NCBI GenBank assembly: GCA_043228905.1
Contig: JBHGNT010000020.1
Coordinates: 5,456,001 to 5,520,000, forward strand
From: Azolla caroliniana
Taxonomy: Eukaryota; Plantae; Polypodiophyta
Reading direction: 5' to 3'
Length of the DNA stretch: 64,000 bases
Positions 60,319 through 64,000 of the stretch are shown here, piece after piece. A model generated the notes under the pieces. That model saw only the letters and a program-made list of their open reading frames with translations. It was not told the origin of the DNA and made no database searches. Position 1 is the first letter of the stretch. The number at the start of each line of letters is the position of its first letter. A program made the position numbers and the translations under genes.

Positions 60319-62810
60319 TGTAGAAGAATACGATGTGCGGAAGCGTGCGTAAAAGACACAAAGTATACAGTTGATGTTCGGAAACACAACAGTTTGGTGA
60401 ATGCAGAGAACACAAAGAATGAGAGAGAGAGACATAGAGAGCAAACAGAAAATTATATTAAAAGGAATAATGCTCTGTACATACTTCGTGCTCATGGAGT
60501 ACTTTTTATACAAGCCCTGACGAGTGGGCTGACACAAGTACCGTTAGTACTTGAATGCTCATAAATAAGCCTGACACTAATTCTGCGTACAATATTCCTA
60601 TTTAATGTACGGAATATAGTCTATTAACGGCCTACTCGAGTCCCTCACCACACTCTTCCAAATCAAACATTTCGATTGAATCGGCCGACTCCGATTCACC
60701 TCGACTTTTTACCGAATTGGCTGACTCGAATTCGTCCACTTCCAGACCCTTGACGACATTTGCCCATGTCTTGGTCTTGTTCTTCACTCAGTCGGCTCTG
60801 TCCTCCTCGACTCTGCCACCATTCTTGCCCTTCACGACTTTTCCTCCCCTTGGTTCGGTTGACTCTAGCCTCCCCCTACATCTGTCTATACTATGATTAG
60901 CCGATCTTCTTCCATATGTCCACACGTCCACGACTTCTTTGGCCTGGTTGGACATACCGACTTCTTCAATCAGACCAAAATCGAATTCATCATCCGACTC
61001 AGCTTTTTGGACTTCGTCTCTCTTCTCCTTCTTCACTCCTCCCCCTTAAGTTCGGCATGTCGATATGCTGGAGGCCAAGCATATCCAAAAAATGTCGCAA
61101 CTTGTCGAGACCGAGAGGCTTGATAAAGATATCGACAACTTGCCGATAAGTCGAAACATGCACTAGTTCGACTTCACCAGAGAGGACTCGCTCGTGGACA
61201 AAATGATAGTGCATCACGATGTGCTTTGTCGGGGCGTGGAAGATGGGGTTATTTGCTAATTGGATACTACTAAGGTTGTCGCAATAGATTACAATTGGCT
61301 CGAACATCTCCACATGTAGATCCCGTAATAATCTTTTTAGCCAAATGACTTCGCACGTAGCGACAACCGCCCCTCGATACTCGGCCTCCGTGCTCGACAG
61401 TGCCATTGTCGGCTGCTTTTTATTGCTCCATGTGATCGCCGCACTTCCCAATGAAAATCCATATCTAGATGTTGATCTGTGATCGCCGACATTTCCAACC
61501 CAATCGACATTTCCGTGTAGCCGACTAACTGCTTGACTACTCCTGCCTGATATAGCAACGCCATGTCCATAGTGTTGTGACATACCGCAATATCCTTTGC
61601 GTGCACTGAAGGTGTTTGGTCTTGGACTGCGACATGAATTGACTGATCAAGTCATCCGAGTAACTAACATCTGCCCGAGTGATTGTCAAGTAAATGACAC
61701 TTTCGACAATCCGTCAAAACCGTGTCGGGTCACATGCCTTTCCTGAATCTCGACGAAGCTTCACGTTTCTGTCTAGAGGGGTCGAGACGGATTTACAATC
61801 CGCCATCCCGAACTTGAAGAGCATATTCAACACGTAGTGGTGTTGACTGATCATTATTCCTTCGGGAGCACGAATCACTTTGATCCCGAGGAAGTAATGA
61901 AGGTTTCCAAGATCATTCATTTTGAATTATGTCGCAAGCTGACACTTTACACGGCAGATTTCTCTAAGGTCGGCTTCGATGATGATTAAATCATCAACAT
62001 AAAGTAGAATGCTTATCAGTCCAGTTCAACTTAGCCGAATGAACAATGAAGAGTCCAACTTTGATGGAGCAAACCCCATTCTGCGCAATCGTTGCGTGAT
62101 TTTCGCGTTCCAGGCATGCGAAGCTTGTTTAAGTCCGTATAATGACTTCTTCAATTGGCAAACTGCCGAGGTGTTCCGTTCGGATAGAAATCCGAGGGGT
62201 TGTATCATTTACACTTGTTCCTCAAGATCACCTTGCAGGAATGCATTCTTTACATCCATTTGATGTAAGTGCCACCCCTTTGTCGTTGCTACGGCCACTA
62301 ATACACAGACAGTTGTCATCTTCGCGATAGGCACGAAGGTGTCGTCGTAATCGATGTCGTGCTTCTACACGTAGCCCTTTGCCATTAATCGGGCCTTGTA
62401 TCGGTCGACCGAGCCGTCGGTGTTATACTTCACCTTGTACACCCATCTGCGTCTAATCAGCTTTACACCTTTCGGTGCGTCAACCAGGTTCCAAGTCTCA
62501 TTATCCGATACTGCTCGTATCACTTCCTCCATCGCAGCAAACCAATTAGTGTCTTTTGCCGCTTTTGCGTAGCTCTCTGGCTCACGCACTTTAGCCACTT
62601 TTGCCATATACACGTAATGATGCGCCATATACGCATTATACTTGTATCTCTTTACAGGGTTCTTCAGGCGGGTGGATCAGCGTAATTCTTGATTCACTGA
62701 TTTCGCAGCCTTCTCGGCCAATTTCGACTTCTTCCTCAGAGGTTCCTTTTTGGTTGGTTTGGAGTCAAATTCACTACGATCTGACTCGGCACGGCCAGTA
62801 TCGTTGTCGT
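60319..62810 (-). mobile_element. Decayed copia 3' half (D/E family): RT-RH ~61040-62800, 3' LTR ~60319-60650
   Basis: The LTR end TGTAGAAGAATACGATGTGCGGAAGC resembles 753-777; ORFs MAHHYVYM..., LKKSLYGLKQA, SSTEAEYR. Confidence 0.85.
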
Positions 62811-63391
62811 GAAGATTTTCGACAATAGTGTGAAAATCACATAAAACGTACAAAATCGAGTATGAATCACATAAAACAATAATAGTGAAGATAACATTTT
62901 AAATAAGTTTAATATCTAAGTACAAAATGATGGAGGTATTCAAGAGCTTTCGAATGTACTTTATTACACGAGAAACGGACAACTAAATGTCAAGATATGA
63001 GGGTATAAAGTTTGTGAAAGGAAAAGAGAAAACTGTGAGATATCCCACATAGGAACGACAAATACGGCTCTCATCATATATAAGGTAGAACAAAAGCTAT
63101 TATCTTTGTGTCTATGTGTGGAGCATAGAGAGTTCAAGGTAACTTGAACTAAGAGTGGAGGTGGCTTAGCTACTCGTAAAGGGTTTTGACCAACCAAAAC
63201 CGGACCGACGATGGAGCCAGTGATCCGGCGGCGCACCGGCATCCAGCGGTAACCGGCGAGGCGGCGGCCATCGAAAACCGGCGGCATCCAGGGACGACGA
63301 GATGATGGCATTCGATAGCAAGGCGGCGACAACTGGTAACCGACAGCATCCGGCGAGGCAACGACAACCAGTAACCAGCGGCATCCGGCGC

Positions 63392-64000
63392 TGTTGACCG
63401 GTCAGAAGAGCAAGGATAAGTGGGAAGGCGGAGTCGGATCGGAAGTAAATAATAGTATAATTATTATTCGGAGGGACGGATCCAGTACAGTTGTACCGAT
63501 CCGGATCCGGACCGATTCGGATGCCGGTTGCCTAAGCGCACCGATTGTAACCTTGCCGGATGCCTATAAAAGGATCCGATGATTTGTAAAGGTTTTGACG
63601 GAAGTAATACAAATAGAATTATTGCGTGTTTATCTGTATCTCTGTATTGGTTTACCGTCTGTGCTTAATTGTAATCATCTTACGCGTGTAACCTAGCATC
63701 CAATCCTTACCACCCCTTTGGAGAAGTGTCGGATAGACACCTGTGTTGAGGCTAGTCCGGCCAGGCAGACAACACTATTTTGTCGACATGCCGAGCAGGA
63801 GATAGAACGACTGCAGGAAGAACTCCGACAACAGAAGGACCGGGATGACCGGTTAAGAGCTCAGGCAAACCGACACCTGAAGCAGAAGACGGAGGACTTC
63901 GACCGTCTCTACCGAGATCACAAGCAGGCCGAGTCGGACAACAAGAAACGGGCAGCAGACTACGACCGGCAAATAGAGAAGCTGAAAGAACAGCTCAAAG
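63392..64000 (+). mobile_element. A-family gypsy 5' LTR (63392-63774) followed by a broken PBS and then directly by coiled-coil ORF sequence; continues off the right edge
   Basis: The LTR matches the reverse complement of 7204-7592; CTATTTTGTCGACA is followed by AEQEIERLQEELRQQKDR... Confidence 0.88.

Noticed and set aside
62825-63391. AT-rich stretch followed by GC-rich CGGCGGCATCC-like repeats
   Set aside because: No termini, TSD or coding signal could be assigned.

Overview
Eukaryotic land-plant genomic DNA. The retroelement lineages suggest a non-seed plant such as a fern, lycophyte or bryophyte (inference). Positions 1-47.8 kb are a deeply nested LTR-retrotransposon island that can be resolved by target-site duplications (TSDs). 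It holds Ty1/copia elements (one intact at 37749-43050), Tcn1/Tf1-like chromovirus remnants with a self-priming signature, a Trp-primed Ty3/gypsy element with a 1395-bp internal tandem duplication, and a tRNA-Arg-primed non-chromovirus gypsy group with an extra coiled-coil ORF. Next come SINE-like tRNA-derived heads, a 5'-truncated LINE, one apparently intact 12-exon host gene (TauE/SafE family, 53386-57445) and more decayed LTR elements. The most striking observation is that two diverged Arg-primed gypsy elements have no polypurine tract (PPT) before the 3' LTR. Both instead carry a sense copy of a tRNA-Arg 3' half ending in CCA exactly 2 nt before the LTR, with a hairpin inserted at the A58/59 position, which suggests tRNA-type priming of the plus strand. 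Also notable are two chromovirus copies each abutting a Pol III-type head, an element integrated with an inverted LTR end, and an insertion site matching the element's own LTR-PBS junction. tRNA identities and lineage names come from recalled knowledge, not database searches.
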